The notes below the pieces were generated by a model. It was given only the letters and a program-made list of their open reading frames with translations. It made no database searches and was not told the origin of the DNA. This document shows positions 19,769-29,496 of a DNA stretch of 64,000 nucleotides, in pieces. Source of the DNA: an uncultured Gammaproteobacteria bacterium (lineage in GTDB: Bacteria; Patescibacteriota; Microgenomatia; Levybacterales; GWA1-39-11); contig CAZYWG010000002.1 in assembly GCA_964651815.1 (NCBI GenBank), positions 92,522-156,521 of the forward strand. The letters are read 5' to 3'. Each line of letters starts with the position of its first letter. The first letter of the stretch is position 1. Made by a program: the position numbers and the translations under genes.

Positions 19769-20638
19769 ATGATAAATATAGACATCCCAAGTTGGGAAGA
19801 GTATGAACTTATCGACTCGGGAAACGGAAGGAAACTCGAGAGGTTTGGAAAATACATTTTAAATAGAATTGAATCACAAGCATCCTGGCATCAAAGTTTG
19901 TCGGAAGATGAATGGCACAAAGCAGATGCGACGTTTAAAAAAACGGACGAGCGAAACGGCGTTTGGGTTTTTAAAAATAAACTTCCAGAGCAATGGAGTT
20001 TGCAATTTGAAGAGATGAAACTTATATTGCGGCTCACACCCTTTGGGCATGTGGGAATTTTTCCAGACCAAGCAAATCAATGGGGCTGGATCTATGACAA
20101 GATAAAAGCTGCGAATCGGCCGATAAATGCTTTGAGTTTATTTACATACACAGGAGCTGCAACTTTTGCAGCTGCAGCGGCCGGCGCAAATGTGGTACAT
20201 GTTGATGCATCAAAACCTGCAATTACATGGGCACGGGATAATCAAAACGCATCAAAACTCTCAACTAAACCTATTCGTTGGATTCCTGAGGATGCAATGA
20301 AGTTCGTAAAACGCGAGGTAAGACGAGGCACACGTTACGACGCAATCATTATGGATCCACCAAAGTTTGGGCGTGGACCACAGGGTGAAGTTTGGAAATT
20401 TGAAGAGAACTTCCCCGAGCTATTAGATTACTGTAGACAAATACTTTCTGAACAACCGTTATTTATACTAACAACCGCATACGCCATCCCCGTTTCATCA
20501 ATTGCGTTATCCAATATGATTGCGGACACTACACGCAAGTTGAAAAACGGAACAATTGAATATGGAGAACTTGGTTTAAAGCAAAAATCAAACGACCGAA
20601 TTTTGCCAACAGCTATTTACGCACGTTGGGAAAGTTAG
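19769..20638 (+). CDS. Class I SAM-dependent methyltransferase of the RlmI/RlmK-like (Methyltrans_SAM) type. A likely rRNA methyltransferase.
   Basis: LFTYTGAATFAAAAAGA...VDAS (motif I) and IIMDPPKFGRG (DPPxF motif IV). Confidence 0.6.
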   Translation: MINIDIPSWEEYELIDSGNGRKLERFGKYILNRIESQASWHQSLSEDEWHKADATFKKTDERNGVWVFKNKLPEQWSLQFEEMKLILRLTPFGHVGIFPDQANQWGWIYDKIKAANRPINALSLFTYTGAATFAAAAAGANVVHVDASKPAITWARDNQNASKLSTKPIRWIPEDAMKFVKREVRRGTRYDAIIMDPPKFGRGPQGEVWKFEENFPELLDYCRQILSEQPLFILTTAYAIPVSSIALSNMIADTTRKLKNGTIEYGELGLKQKSNDRILPTAIYARWES

Positions 20639-22797
20639 GAAGTAACAATTCCAAATTCGGTAATTTTTCCTCCACAATATTTAATAATCTTGTCACATAC
20701 TTCCTGCAAGACTTGTTCAACTACTTTTGGCGTAACATCAAAAATTCCGTCAACATTTATGTATAAATTTTTTGTTTCGAGCTGAACTGCAGTCCTTACG
20801 GAATCCCGATAGTTAAAATCCATATTTATTCCGCCAATTTTATCAAAATAAGCAATTTCCCCATCTTTGTAATCTGTTTCACTTTCATCCCCAAGTAAGT
20901 GTATTTTATCGCTCACTTTTGCAAAACGGAGTAGCGTTGGAAATTGAATTTTATCGTAATCAAATGCGCCCGAGGAGACTCTATTTTTTACTACAACTAA
21001 ATTGTATGCATCAACACAAGTGTTAACAGTATATAGTCCTTTTTTTTGAGCGATACGACGCATTAAAGCCTCAGGACTGGGACGCCTGGAGTGCCAATCT
21101 ATACCCGTTGCTTTATATAATTTTCTGTATGCTTGGACTTCCGGAAATTCGTTAATCTGCTCATTTGTCAGAGAGTCTAAACTTTTTATTAACTCTTCTT
21201 TTTCCTGTTCGAGTCCCGGGTTTGATTTTTCAATTTTTACTCCTTTAATTACTGCTACACCCACTGAAACCGAAGGAAATTTTTCCTTGATACTTTCGTC
21301 AATTGAAAAAATTTTGGAGTTTCCGGCTTTCGATGATTTATTAAGAATCGAATTTTTTTCAGGCTTTAATGTCGGGAAAATTACAACTTCTTTTATTGCC
21401 CAGGTGTTTGTAAAAAACATTACCAAGCGGTCAATCCCAATCCCTATTCCGCCTGTCGGTGGCATCCCATATTCCATTGCCGTCAGAAAATCTTCATCTA
21501 TATGCTGTGCTTCTTCTGTATTCTTTCGAGCCGCATTTGTATCATTTGTAAATCTTTCCCTTTGAATTTTAGGGTCAGTCAACTCAGACCAACCGTCGCA
21601 AATTTCTTTTCCGCCAATATATCCTTCAAATCTTTCAACCCAGCCTGGTTTTGTCCTATGCGTTTTTGATAGAGGGCTAACGTCCTCCGGATAATCTATA
21701 ATCCATGTTGGCTCAATTAAAGTTTGTGGTATCAAATGCTCAAATATTGCAAATATTAATTGCCCTTTTGTTTCTCCACCAACAAGTTGAATATCAGGAC
21801 AATTTTTTTTGGCATATTCAAACAAAGATTCTGCGCTTTCTTTTTCAACATCTAAACCAAGTTTGTCTTTCATGATCTCACTCATTTCAATTCTCGGCCA
21901 TTTTTTACCTATATCAATTTTATGTTCTCCTACCGAAATTGTTGTATGTTTATAAAGTTTTTTAGCCAAATGTTTAAACAGACCTTCCGCAACATCCATG
22001 ATTCTTTGATAGTCGGCATACGCCTCATACCATTCAAGCATTGTAAATTCCGGAAAATGAGTGTGGTCAATACCCTCATTCCTAAAATCTTTTGCTATCT
22101 CATAAACTTTTTCGTATCCACCAATAACCAATCTTTTCAAATATAGTTCGACGGCAATTCTTAGATACATATCTTGGTCAAAAGCGTTCACACGTGTTTT
22201 AAAGGGTCTCGCGTTGGCACCTCCATAAAGCGGCTGTAGAACAGGGGTTTCAACTTCCCAAAATGAAAGATTATCAAGATATTCACGAATTCCAGAAACG
22301 ATTTTGGAGCGAATATTAAATTTTTCCCGAGCTTCCGGATTTAGAAGTAAATCCAGATATCTCTGGCGGAAACGAGTCTCTACATCTTTTACACCAAAAA
22401 ACTCAGAAGGAATTGGAACTAACGATTTTGTCAATAACATATATGAACTAGGGCTAATGGAAATTTCTCCAGCGGTTGTTTTCATAACTTCTCCCTCAAC
22501 TCCAATAAAGTCTCCGATATCAAGCACTTTTAAATTTTTAAATTCGTCACCAAGTAGTTTTTTTTGGAAAAAAATCTGTATTTTTCCGGTCTCATCATGT
22601 AGATCCGCGAATGCAATATTTCCATGTTCGCGATATGAATAAATTCGGCCTGCTGTTTTGACTATTTTTCTTTCAGATTCAAGAGCCGAAGCAACCGAAT
22701 GAGTTTTTTCAAATGACGCCGCGTAAGGATTCCACCCCAATTCTTTTATTTTCGCGAGCTTTTCTTCTCTAATTTTTTTGTAATAATTATCGTCCAT
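20635..22797 (-). CDS. lysS: Lysyl-tRNA synthetase (class II) with a ~240-aa C-terminal B3/4-like domain extension. Start set at MDDNYYKK..., 45 nt inside the ORF-track start.
   Basis: N-terminal OB anticodon-binding domain, class II core ending GIDRLVMFFTNTWAIKEVVIFPTLKPE, then an extension. The track's first 15 codons are encoded by a terminator hairpin, and a TATAAT box sits 6 nt upstream of the inner ATG. Confidence 0.85.
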   Translation of the reverse strand: MDDNYYKKIREEKLAKIKELGWNPYAASFEKTHSVASALESERKIVKTAGRIYSYREHGNIAFADLHDETGKIQIFFQKKLLGDEFKNLKVLDIGDFIGVEGEVMKTTAGEISISPSSYMLLTKSLVPIPSEFFGVKDVETRFRQRYLDLLLNPEAREKFNIRSKIVSGIREYLDNLSFWEVETPVLQPLYGGANARPFKTRVNAFDQDMYLRIAVELYLKRLVIGGYEKVYEIAKDFRNEGIDHTHFPEFTMLEWYEAYADYQRIMDVAEGLFKHLAKKLYKHTTISVGEHKIDIGKKWPRIEMSEIMKDKLGLDVEKESAESLFEYAKKNCPDIQLVGGETKGQLIFAIFEHLIPQTLIEPTWIIDYPEDVSPLSKTHRTKPGWVERFEGYIGGKEICDGWSELTDPKIQRERFTNDTNAARKNTEEAQHIDEDFLTAMEYGMPPTGGIGIGIDRLVMFFTNTWAIKEVVIFPTLKPEKNSILNKSSKAGNSKIFSIDESIKEKFPSVSVGVAVIKGVKIEKSNPGLEQEKEELIKSLDSLTNEQINEFPEVQAYRKLYKATGIDWHSRRPSPEALMRRIAQKKGLYTVNTCVDAYNLVVVKNRVSSGAFDYDKIQFPTLLRFAKVSDKIHLLGDESETDYKDGEIAYFDKIGGINMDFNYRDSVRTAVQLETKNLYINVDGIFDVTPKVVEQVLQEVCDKIIKYCGGKITEFGIVTS

Positions 22798-22810
22798 AAT
22801 TTGATTATAC

Positions 22811-22840
22811 CAAACAAAAACCCCTCGATCTGAGGGGTTC
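22811..22840 (-). terminator. Rho-independent terminator downstream of dapF (CCCCTC-agatc-GAGGGG plus a U-run on the minus strand). Near-identical to the hairpin at 30861-30879.
   Basis: Read directly from the sequence: plus-strand aaaaaCCCCTCgatctGAGGGGttc. Confidence 0.6.
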
Positions 22841-22941
22841 ATAAGTTCTTTAGACCAAGAAAAAGAACCCCTAGACGAGGTGTTTCTTGGACTTCTTGTT
22901 AGCTAAAATTCTTTTCATATTTCCATTATCTTACCACAAGA

Positions 22942-23847
22942 TTAATTAGCATTCAATAATAATTTATCAATGTCAAATATTCTAAAAACATTTTTTGCAG
23001 GCCCAGTCATAAAAATAGAATCTTCAGGATTATTCCATGATATTTCAAGTGTCCCTCCCGGCAAATGGATTTTTGCGGATTTATCAGAAAAATTATTGAG
23101 AAGCGCTGCAGCAAGTGTTGCGCATGCTCCTGTTCCACACGCAAGTGTCAAACCTGCACCTCTTTCCCAAACATGAACGGTTATATCACTTTTACTATTT
23201 ACTTCCGCGAATTCTATATTTATTTTTTGGGGGAAAAGAGAAGTCATTTGTTCAATTTGTGGCCCGTACTCTTTTACGTATTTTTGAGCGCTACCTTTTT
23301 TGACAAAAAACACTACATGCGGATTTCCCATACTAATATATGTACCTTTTAGCTTTCTGACTTCTTTATTTTTTGTTTGCTTAGAATTGAATTTCACTTC
23401 CACTATTCCTTTTTTACCTGGATTAATCAAAATTTGCTTTGGATCATATGTAACGGGCTTACCCATATTGACCTTAACTGATGCTTCATTTTCAGAATTT
23501 TTTAACACCTCCGGGATAATTATTCCGGCATCCGTATCAACAGGTATTGGGCCTTTATTTGTAATTAACTTATTATCAATTAGATATTTTGCAAAACATC
23601 GAATGCCGTTGCCACACATTTCCGCCAATGATCCATCTGCGTTAAAATACTTCATTCTATATTTTGCATCCTTAACTCTAGACTTAGTAATGGTTATAAC
23701 ACCATCTGCACCAACACCGGTATGAAATGCACAGATCCTGCGAACCTGATCTGGTGTAGTCCTTTCTTCAAAATCAACGTAAAATACGAAATCATTTCCG
23801 CATCCATGCATTTTCATAACAGGATATGAGTTTTGAGTGAGTTTCAT
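22942..23847 (-). CDS. dapF: Diaminopimelate epimerase
   Basis: MKMHGCGNDFVF, with the two catalytic Cys regions (MCGNGIRC, ACGTGACA). Confidence 0.9.
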   Translation of the reverse strand: MKLTQNSYPVMKMHGCGNDFVFYVDFEERTTPDQVRRICAFHTGVGADGVITITKSRVKDAKYRMKYFNADGSLAEMCGNGIRCFAKYLIDNKLITNKGPIPVDTDAGIIIPEVLKNSENEASVKVNMGKPVTYDPKQILINPGKKGIVEVKFNSKQTKNKEVRKLKGTYISMGNPHVVFFVKKGSAQKYVKEYGPQIEQMTSLFPQKINIEFAEVNSKSDITVHVWERGAGLTLACGTGACATLAAALLNNFSDKSAKIHLPGGTLEISWNNPEDSIFMTGPAKNVFRIFDIDKLLLNAN

Positions 23848-23849
23848 GA

Positions 23850-25481
23850 TTATTTTAAGTCTTGTGGAACTTTTTCATATTTCCACATATCTTCAACGAG
23901 TTGTCTTGCACGAATTTCTTCAAGTTTTCCATTTGTACGAACAAGAATTTCAGGATGAAGAGGTTGAGAATTGTAATTTCCGGGTGCCATAGAAGCACAA
24001 TATGCACCCGCTCGTCCTACTACAACCAAATCCCCTATGTTTGCTTCCAGCATACGTCTTGGATCTATATACTCAGGATTTCCCGGTCTAACCGTCAATA
24101 CATCTCCACTTTCACAGCATATTCCAAAAACTACATATTCTTTAATTTGCTGTTTCTCAAAGTTTTGAGGAATAACAAAAAGCGGATGCTGCGCCCCATA
24201 CATGGGAATTCTAGCATTCATGTTCATACCGGCATTTACTTTCAGGAATTCTTCTCCTTGCAAACCCGTATTCACCTTATCTACAATTTCAGTTAAAATA
24301 TATCCAGCATTTGCAACAAGAGCTGTTCCTGGTTCCACCTCTAGGACAATTTTCCTCCCTGTTTCTTTATAAAACCCCTTGAGTGCATCACTCATTGCAT
24401 GTCCCATTTCTGCGATATCCGCCGCATGTTCATAACTCATTCCGGCAACTTTAAAACCGCCGCCCATGTTAAGAGCTGTGACGTCCGGATAATTTTTAAC
24501 TAACTTTAATCCTTCGCCTATTGCCTCTTTTTGTTTTTCAGGATCACTACCAGACCCAATATGTAAATGAACAGTTTTTAATTTGAGTTTGTACTTTTGC
24601 AAAAGTGAATCTATTTCCTCTCTTTGCTCATAAATTCCGAATGGTGAATTTCTGCCTCCTGTTGAAGTCTGAGGTGTCCAACCAGACCCTATACCTATGT
24701 TAAATCTTACACTAACCTCAGAACCTGGTAGAGCTTCCCCGTATGTTAAGAGTTGTAGGAGAGAACAGGCAGTGTAAACAATTTTATTTTTTGCGATAAA
24801 TTTTAGATTTTCCGGCGTTTGCACTTCTTGACTTGTCAGACGAATTTTTTCACCCTCAATATCTGCACCCTTTATTGCGCGCGTGCATTCATTAATAGTG
24901 CTTGCATCAAAATAAATCCCCATCTTTTTATATAAAGAGAGTATTGCAGCGGTAGGGTTTGCTTTAATTGCAAATCTTACAATCAGACCATAGGGCGCCG
25001 GAATTTTCAAGAAATTACCCAGATTCTGTTTTAGATCAGATTCGAAATATACATAGACCGGGTTACCAAATTTTTTATTAATCCTCTTGAAAGTTTCAAT
25101 TTTGACCTTAGGGAGAACTTCGACTTTGGGATGTTTTATAACATTTACGCTAACAGGTTCTTTTTTACCGTCTACTATGTTTTCCAGCAAGTCTATTCCG
25201 GGGTGTTTTCCCGGATTTTTTCGCGCGTCCGCTTGTAATTCTTTTCCATAAATTTTAAGCCCCAAAACTGCTTGTTTCTTGTCTATTTTATTTTTATTTT
25301 TTTCTCCCAAATATACATAGAGCTTTAGAGAATTTTGTTTGCCGGGACGATTTGGAAATTCCAAGTTTACTTGTTCTCCATAAACCTCAACTCTTTTTAT
25401 ATCTTTTGAGTTTATTTTTAATGCTGCGATTCGATCTTTAAAAGCATCGTTCAAATTTAGCTTCTTGAATTGTTGTTTCAT
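23850..25481 (-). CDS. lysA: Diaminopimelate decarboxylase (PLP, Orn/DAP/Arg decarboxylase fold) with a ~130-aa Lys-rich N-terminal extension
   Basis: Decarboxylase core starts around VYVYFESDLKQ...RFAIKANP. A C-terminal CESGD motif is present. 4-nt overlap with the upstream dapL. Confidence 0.8.
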   Translation of the reverse strand: MKQQFKKLNLNDAFKDRIAALKINSKDIKRVEVYGEQVNLEFPNRPGKQNSLKLYVYLGEKNKNKIDKKQAVLGLKIYGKELQADARKNPGKHPGIDLLENIVDGKKEPVSVNVIKHPKVEVLPKVKIETFKRINKKFGNPVYVYFESDLKQNLGNFLKIPAPYGLIVRFAIKANPTAAILSLYKKMGIYFDASTINECTRAIKGADIEGEKIRLTSQEVQTPENLKFIAKNKIVYTACSLLQLLTYGEALPGSEVSVRFNIGIGSGWTPQTSTGGRNSPFGIYEQREEIDSLLQKYKLKLKTVHLHIGSGSDPEKQKEAIGEGLKLVKNYPDVTALNMGGGFKVAGMSYEHAADIAEMGHAMSDALKGFYKETGRKIVLEVEPGTALVANAGYILTEIVDKVNTGLQGEEFLKVNAGMNMNARIPMYGAQHPLFVIPQNFEKQQIKEYVVFGICCESGDVLTVRPGNPEYIDPRRMLEANIGDLVVVGRAGAYCASMAPGNYNSQPLHPEILVRTNGKLEEIRARQLVEDMWKYEKVPQDLK

Positions 25482-26701
25482 ATTTTTAAATTCTTTTTCA
25501 TACTCTCAACTGCTTTTTCAATATTTTCTCTATGGCCAAATGCGGACAGTCTAAAATATCCTTCTCCGTGTGGACCAAATCCACTTCCAGGTGTTCCAAC
25601 AACGTGAGCTTCGGAAAGCACTTTATCAAAAAATTCCCATGAAGTCATTTTGTTAGGGGTTGCGAGCCAAATATAAGGAGCGTTTTCTCCCCCAAAAGTT
25701 TTAAGCCCTAAGCGATCCAAAGCGCGTTTTATGATTTTTGCATTATCCATGTAGTATTTAATGATTTTCTTTGACTCTTTTTGTCCTTCTGTACTTAAAG
25801 CAGCAAGTCCACCTTCTTGAACTATGTTTGATGCTCCGTTAAACATTGTGGTTTGGCGCCTATTCCAAAGTTCATTTATTTTTCCGATGGGTACATCTTC
25901 TGTAATAAGTTTTTTTGGAACAATAGTCCAGCCAAGTCTGACACCTGTAAACCCTGCCGATTTTGAAAAACTGTTTATTTCTATTGCACAAGTTTCCGCC
26001 CCTTTTATTTCGTAAATACTTCTTGGTAAGGATTTATCCTGAATATATTCCGAGTACGCTGCGTCAAAAATAATTATTGACTTATTCTTAATTGCGTAAT
26101 CCACAAACTTTTTAAGTTGCGCGCGGGTTGCAACGGCACCCGTAGGATTATTGGGGCTGCATAAATAAACTATGTCGACTTTTTTATCTGGGGGCTCCGG
26201 AACGAATCCATTTTTAGAATTGCAAACCATATAATAAAGTCCTTTATAAATACCTTTTGAAAATTCTCCAGTTTTTCCAGAAATCACATTACTATCTACA
26301 TAAACTGGATATACCGGGTCTTGAATTGCAATGATACTTTTTTCATCAAAGATGGACGCGATATTTGCGGTGTCAGGTTTTGCACCATCACTTACAAAAA
26401 CCTCAGTTGGATCAATTGAGATATTTCTTTTTTTATACCATTTGGCAAGAGCGGCTCTTAAACGAGAATCGCCTTGTTCATCCCCATAACCCGTATAGGT
26501 TGCAACTTTTGAAAGCTTATCAACACCCAATTTCAAACCTTTAATTATTGCAGGTGGCAATGGCTCCGTGGTATTTCCAATTCCAAGACGGAGAATTTGG
26601 ACCCCGGGATTTTTTTCTTGGAACACTTTTGTCCTTTTTGCAATTTCAGAAAACAAATAACCTGCCTGTAATTTATTGTAATTTTTATTAATTTTTGCCA
26701 T
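25478..26701 (-). CDS. dapL: LL-diaminopimelate aminotransferase (DapL-type, class I aminotransferase)
   Basis: N-terminus MAKINKNYNKLQAGYLFSEIAKR and a PLP lysine region (SFSKSAGFTGVRLGW), typical of DapL. Confidence 0.8.
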   Translation of the reverse strand: MAKINKNYNKLQAGYLFSEIAKRTKVFQEKNPGVQILRLGIGNTTEPLPPAIIKGLKLGVDKLSKVATYTGYGDEQGDSRLRAALAKWYKKRNISIDPTEVFVSDGAKPDTANIASIFDEKSIIAIQDPVYPVYVDSNVISGKTGEFSKGIYKGLYYMVCNSKNGFVPEPPDKKVDIVYLCSPNNPTGAVATRAQLKKFVDYAIKNKSIIIFDAAYSEYIQDKSLPRSIYEIKGAETCAIEINSFSKSAGFTGVRLGWTIVPKKLITEDVPIGKINELWNRRQTTMFNGASNIVQEGGLAALSTEGQKESKKIIKYYMDNAKIIKRALDRLGLKTFGGENAPYIWLATPNKMTSWEFFDKVLSEAHVVGTPGSGFGPHGEGYFRLSAFGHRENIEKAVESMKKNLKI

Positions 26702-26776
26702 TTTTTAGATACTTTTAACGAATACAATGAGTTTAGAGTAACTTAACTTCAGACTCAAAAAGACTGAAATAACTTC

Positions 26777-27877
26777 TTAATTCTCTATATATCCTTTCGC
26801 CTTTAATAATTCAGCTGTCAAAATAGCACCTCCTGCTGCTCCCCTAATTGTATTGTGGGAAAGTCCCACAAATTTATAATCTAAAACGTCGTCTTCTCGT
26901 AATCTACCGACAGAAATTCCCATACCGTTTCCAATATTCCTGTCAAGTTTTGTTTGCGGCCTATCGTCTTGATCAAATATCGTGATGAAACGCTTGGGAG
27001 ACGACGGTAAATTTAGTTTTTCGATAGGACTTTTAAAATTTTCCCAAGCAGCTAAAATTTTGGATTTTGAAACTTTCTTAGAAAATGAAAGACTAACACT
27101 TGCCATATGCCCATCACCAACCGGAACACGTAAACATGTAGCCGAAATTGCGGGGAGAGTTGCATTCTTTATTTTTCCATTTTTTATTTCTCCCCAAATT
27201 TTCATGGGTTCTTTTTCGCTTTTTTCTTCCTCGCCGGAAATATATGGTATTACATTATCATTCATCTCCGGCCAAGTTTTAAGCGTTTTTCCGGCACCGG
27301 AAACTGCCTGGCAAGTTGTAACAATTATCTTCTTTGGGCCGAATTTCAACAGCGGAGTGATGAGCGGAACATACGACTGAATAGAACAATTTGGCTTGAC
27401 TACAATAAACCCACTTCTTTTATGATTTTTTTTTTGTATCTCAATCAAATTTAAGTGCTCAAAATTGATTTCCGGTAAAATCATCGGAACGTCTTCAGTC
27501 CAACGGTGGGCAGAATTATTTGATACAACCGCGATACCCAGATCTGCATAATCATTTTCTATTTTTTTTATTTCTACACGAGGCATATCCAAAGCAGAAA
27601 ATACCAGACTTACCGAATCGGAAATTTTTTTCATGTCGTCCTCAACTGACAGAACTTTCATGTTCGAAACTCTGCCTGGCATCTTTTCTTCAATCAACCA
27701 TCGCCTTTCAACAGCATTTTTATACGATTTTCCGGCCGACTTTGGGGACGCAGCAATTGCAACTATTTCAAACCATGGATGACCAGATAATAATGTTACA
27801 AACCTTTGCCCCACCATTCCTGTAGCACCAAGAATACCAACTGGGATTTTTTTTTGATTCTTTAGAGTACCAACCAA
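26777..27877 (-). CDS. asd: Aspartate-semialdehyde dehydrogenase
   Basis: NAD(P)-binding VGILGATGMVGQ and an active-site Cys region. Confidence 0.9.
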   Translation of the reverse strand: MVGTLKNQKKIPVGILGATGMVGQRFVTLLSGHPWFEIVAIAASPKSAGKSYKNAVERRWLIEEKMPGRVSNMKVLSVEDDMKKISDSVSLVFSALDMPRVEIKKIENDYADLGIAVVSNNSAHRWTEDVPMILPEINFEHLNLIEIQKKNHKRSGFIVVKPNCSIQSYVPLITPLLKFGPKKIIVTTCQAVSGAGKTLKTWPEMNDNVIPYISGEEEKSEKEPMKIWGEIKNGKIKNATLPAISATCLRVPVGDGHMASVSLSFSKKVSKSKILAAWENFKSPIEKLNLPSSPKRFITIFDQDDRPQTKLDRNIGNGMGISVGRLREDDVLDYKFVGLSHNTIRGAAGGAILTAELLKAKGYIEN

Positions 27878-28762
27878 TTATATCCACCCACCCTTCTTCA
27901 AAACTTCCTTCAAAACAATTTTATTTTTGTCAGCCATTTTTACGAGTGGCAGACGGAAAGACTCTTTGATGTAACCCATCATAAACAATGCTGTTTTGAC
28001 TGGTATAGGATTCGATTCAATAAAATTCACATTCATCAAATCCAAAAGAGAATAGTGAATTTTTGCGGCTTTTCTAAAATCTCCGGCAAGTCCTGCTTGA
28101 ATCAGTTCGGTAAACTCTTTCGGCACTTCATTGGAAACAACAGATATACACCCGTCTCCTCCCACTGAAATTAATGGAAGTGCAATTGAATCATCACCTG
28201 ACAAGACTGCAAAGTCGCGACTGGCGCCTTTTACAATTTCCATCATTTGCGGAATACTACCCGAGGCTTCTTTAACTGCCACAACTTGTGGAACTTTTTT
28301 TGCTATTTCTATTACTGTTGAAGGCGCAACGTTGGAACCCGTACGTCCAGGAACGTTGTATAAAATGATTGGCATATCAACGGACTTGGCTATTGCTCTA
28401 AAATGAGCAAGCAGACCGGCAGGAGTTGGCTTGTTATAATATGGCGACACATGAAGTAATCCGTCAACACCAGCTTTTTTACAAATTTTGGAAAGTTCAA
28501 TTGCCTTTTGAGTATCATTACTTCCAGCACCCGCAATTACCGGAACTTTCTTTTTTACTTCGAGAACAACTGTCTTAACAACTAATTCATGTTCTGCAAG
28601 GGTCATAGTTGCTGCTTCCCCTGTTGATCCGCAAGGAACTATTGCATTTATTCCGCTTTCGAGTTGAAACTTGACGAGTTTTTTAAGTGCTACGATGTCT
28701 ACCTTTCCGTTTTCGGTAAAAGGCGTTGCAAGTGCAGTAATCGCTCCATAAAACTTTTTCAC
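27878..28762 (-). CDS. dapA: 4-hydroxy-tetrahydrodipicolinate synthase
   Basis: TALATPFTENGKVD...PCGSTGE and the catalytic Lys region (VVAVKEASG). Confidence 0.9.
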   Translation of the reverse strand: MKKFYGAITALATPFTENGKVDIVALKKLVKFQLESGINAIVPCGSTGEAATMTLAEHELVVKTVVLEVKKKVPVIAGAGSNDTQKAIELSKICKKAGVDGLLHVSPYYNKPTPAGLLAHFRAIAKSVDMPIILYNVPGRTGSNVAPSTVIEIAKKVPQVVAVKEASGSIPQMMEIVKGASRDFAVLSGDDSIALPLISVGGDGCISVVSNEVPKEFTELIQAGLAGDFRKAAKIHYSLLDLMNVNFIESNPIPVKTALFMMGYIKESFRLPLVKMADKNKIVLKEVLKKGGWI

Positions 28763-29496
28763 TAGTTACTCACCTCTTTTCTAAAAACATCTTCAAAAGA
28801 ATAAAAACCTTTTTTTCCTTTTATAAATTCCGCTGCAAAGATTGCCCCCTTTGCAAAACCACTTCTATTGTGCGCTTCATGAGTTAGTTTTATTTCGTCG
28901 GCATCACTATCAAAAAATATTTCATGTCTCCCAAAATACCGTCCGGTCCTAAGAGAAACAAAATGCAATTCATCTTTTTTTATCTGGCGGTTTAAACTCC
29001 CTGTTTGCAGACTTTTTTTGTAAGGAACATTTTCTATAATTATTTCAGAAAGTTTTTTTGCTGTTCCTGATGGACTATCTTTTTTTCCTTTGTGATGCGT
29101 TTCAACACCGGCTACGTCATAATCAAATTTCCCAAACAAGCGAGAAGCATAATCAACAACCTGAAAAAAAATAGCGGCGCCTATTGAAAAATTTGATCCA
29201 TAAATTAATCCCGCTTTAGATGTTGCAACAAAACTTTTCACTTTCGATATATCAGAATACCAACCGCTTGTTCCAACAACCATATTAGTTCCAAGAGGAA
29301 GAATTTGACGAACGTTTGAAAGGATTATTTCAGGAGCAGTAAAATCTATTGCAACGTCAGCACTTTTAATTCCGGCAAGATCCAGCTTCCTATTTTTGTC
29401 AGAGAAACTTACGGAAACAATTTTATGCGAAGTGGAAGAAGCTATTTCCTCAACGGCTTTACCCATTTTTCCATATCCTACAAGCGCTATTCTCAT
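28762..29496 (-). CDS. dapB: 4-hydroxy-tetrahydrodipicolinate reductase
   Basis: MRIALVGYGKMGKAV Rossmann motif, with an EAHHxxKxDxPSGTA-like THHKGKKDSPSGTA. Confidence 0.85.
   Translation of the reverse strand: MRIALVGYGKMGKAVEEIASSTSHKIVSVSFSDKNRKLDLAGIKSADVAIDFTAPEIILSNVRQILPLGTNMVVGTSGWYSDISKVKSFVATSKAGLIYGSNFSIGAAIFFQVVDYASRLFGKFDYDVAGVETHHKGKKDSPSGTAKKLSEIIIENVPYKKSLQTGSLNRQIKKDELHFVSLRTGRYFGRHEIFFDSDADEIKLTHEAHNRSGFAKGAIFAAEFIKGKKGFYSFEDVFRKEVSN

Noticed and set aside
22798-22842. First 15 codons of the ORF-track lysS (MNPSDRGVFVWYNQI)
   Set aside because: They are encoded by a terminator hairpin plus U-run and a TATAAT box. LysRS homology begins at the next Met.
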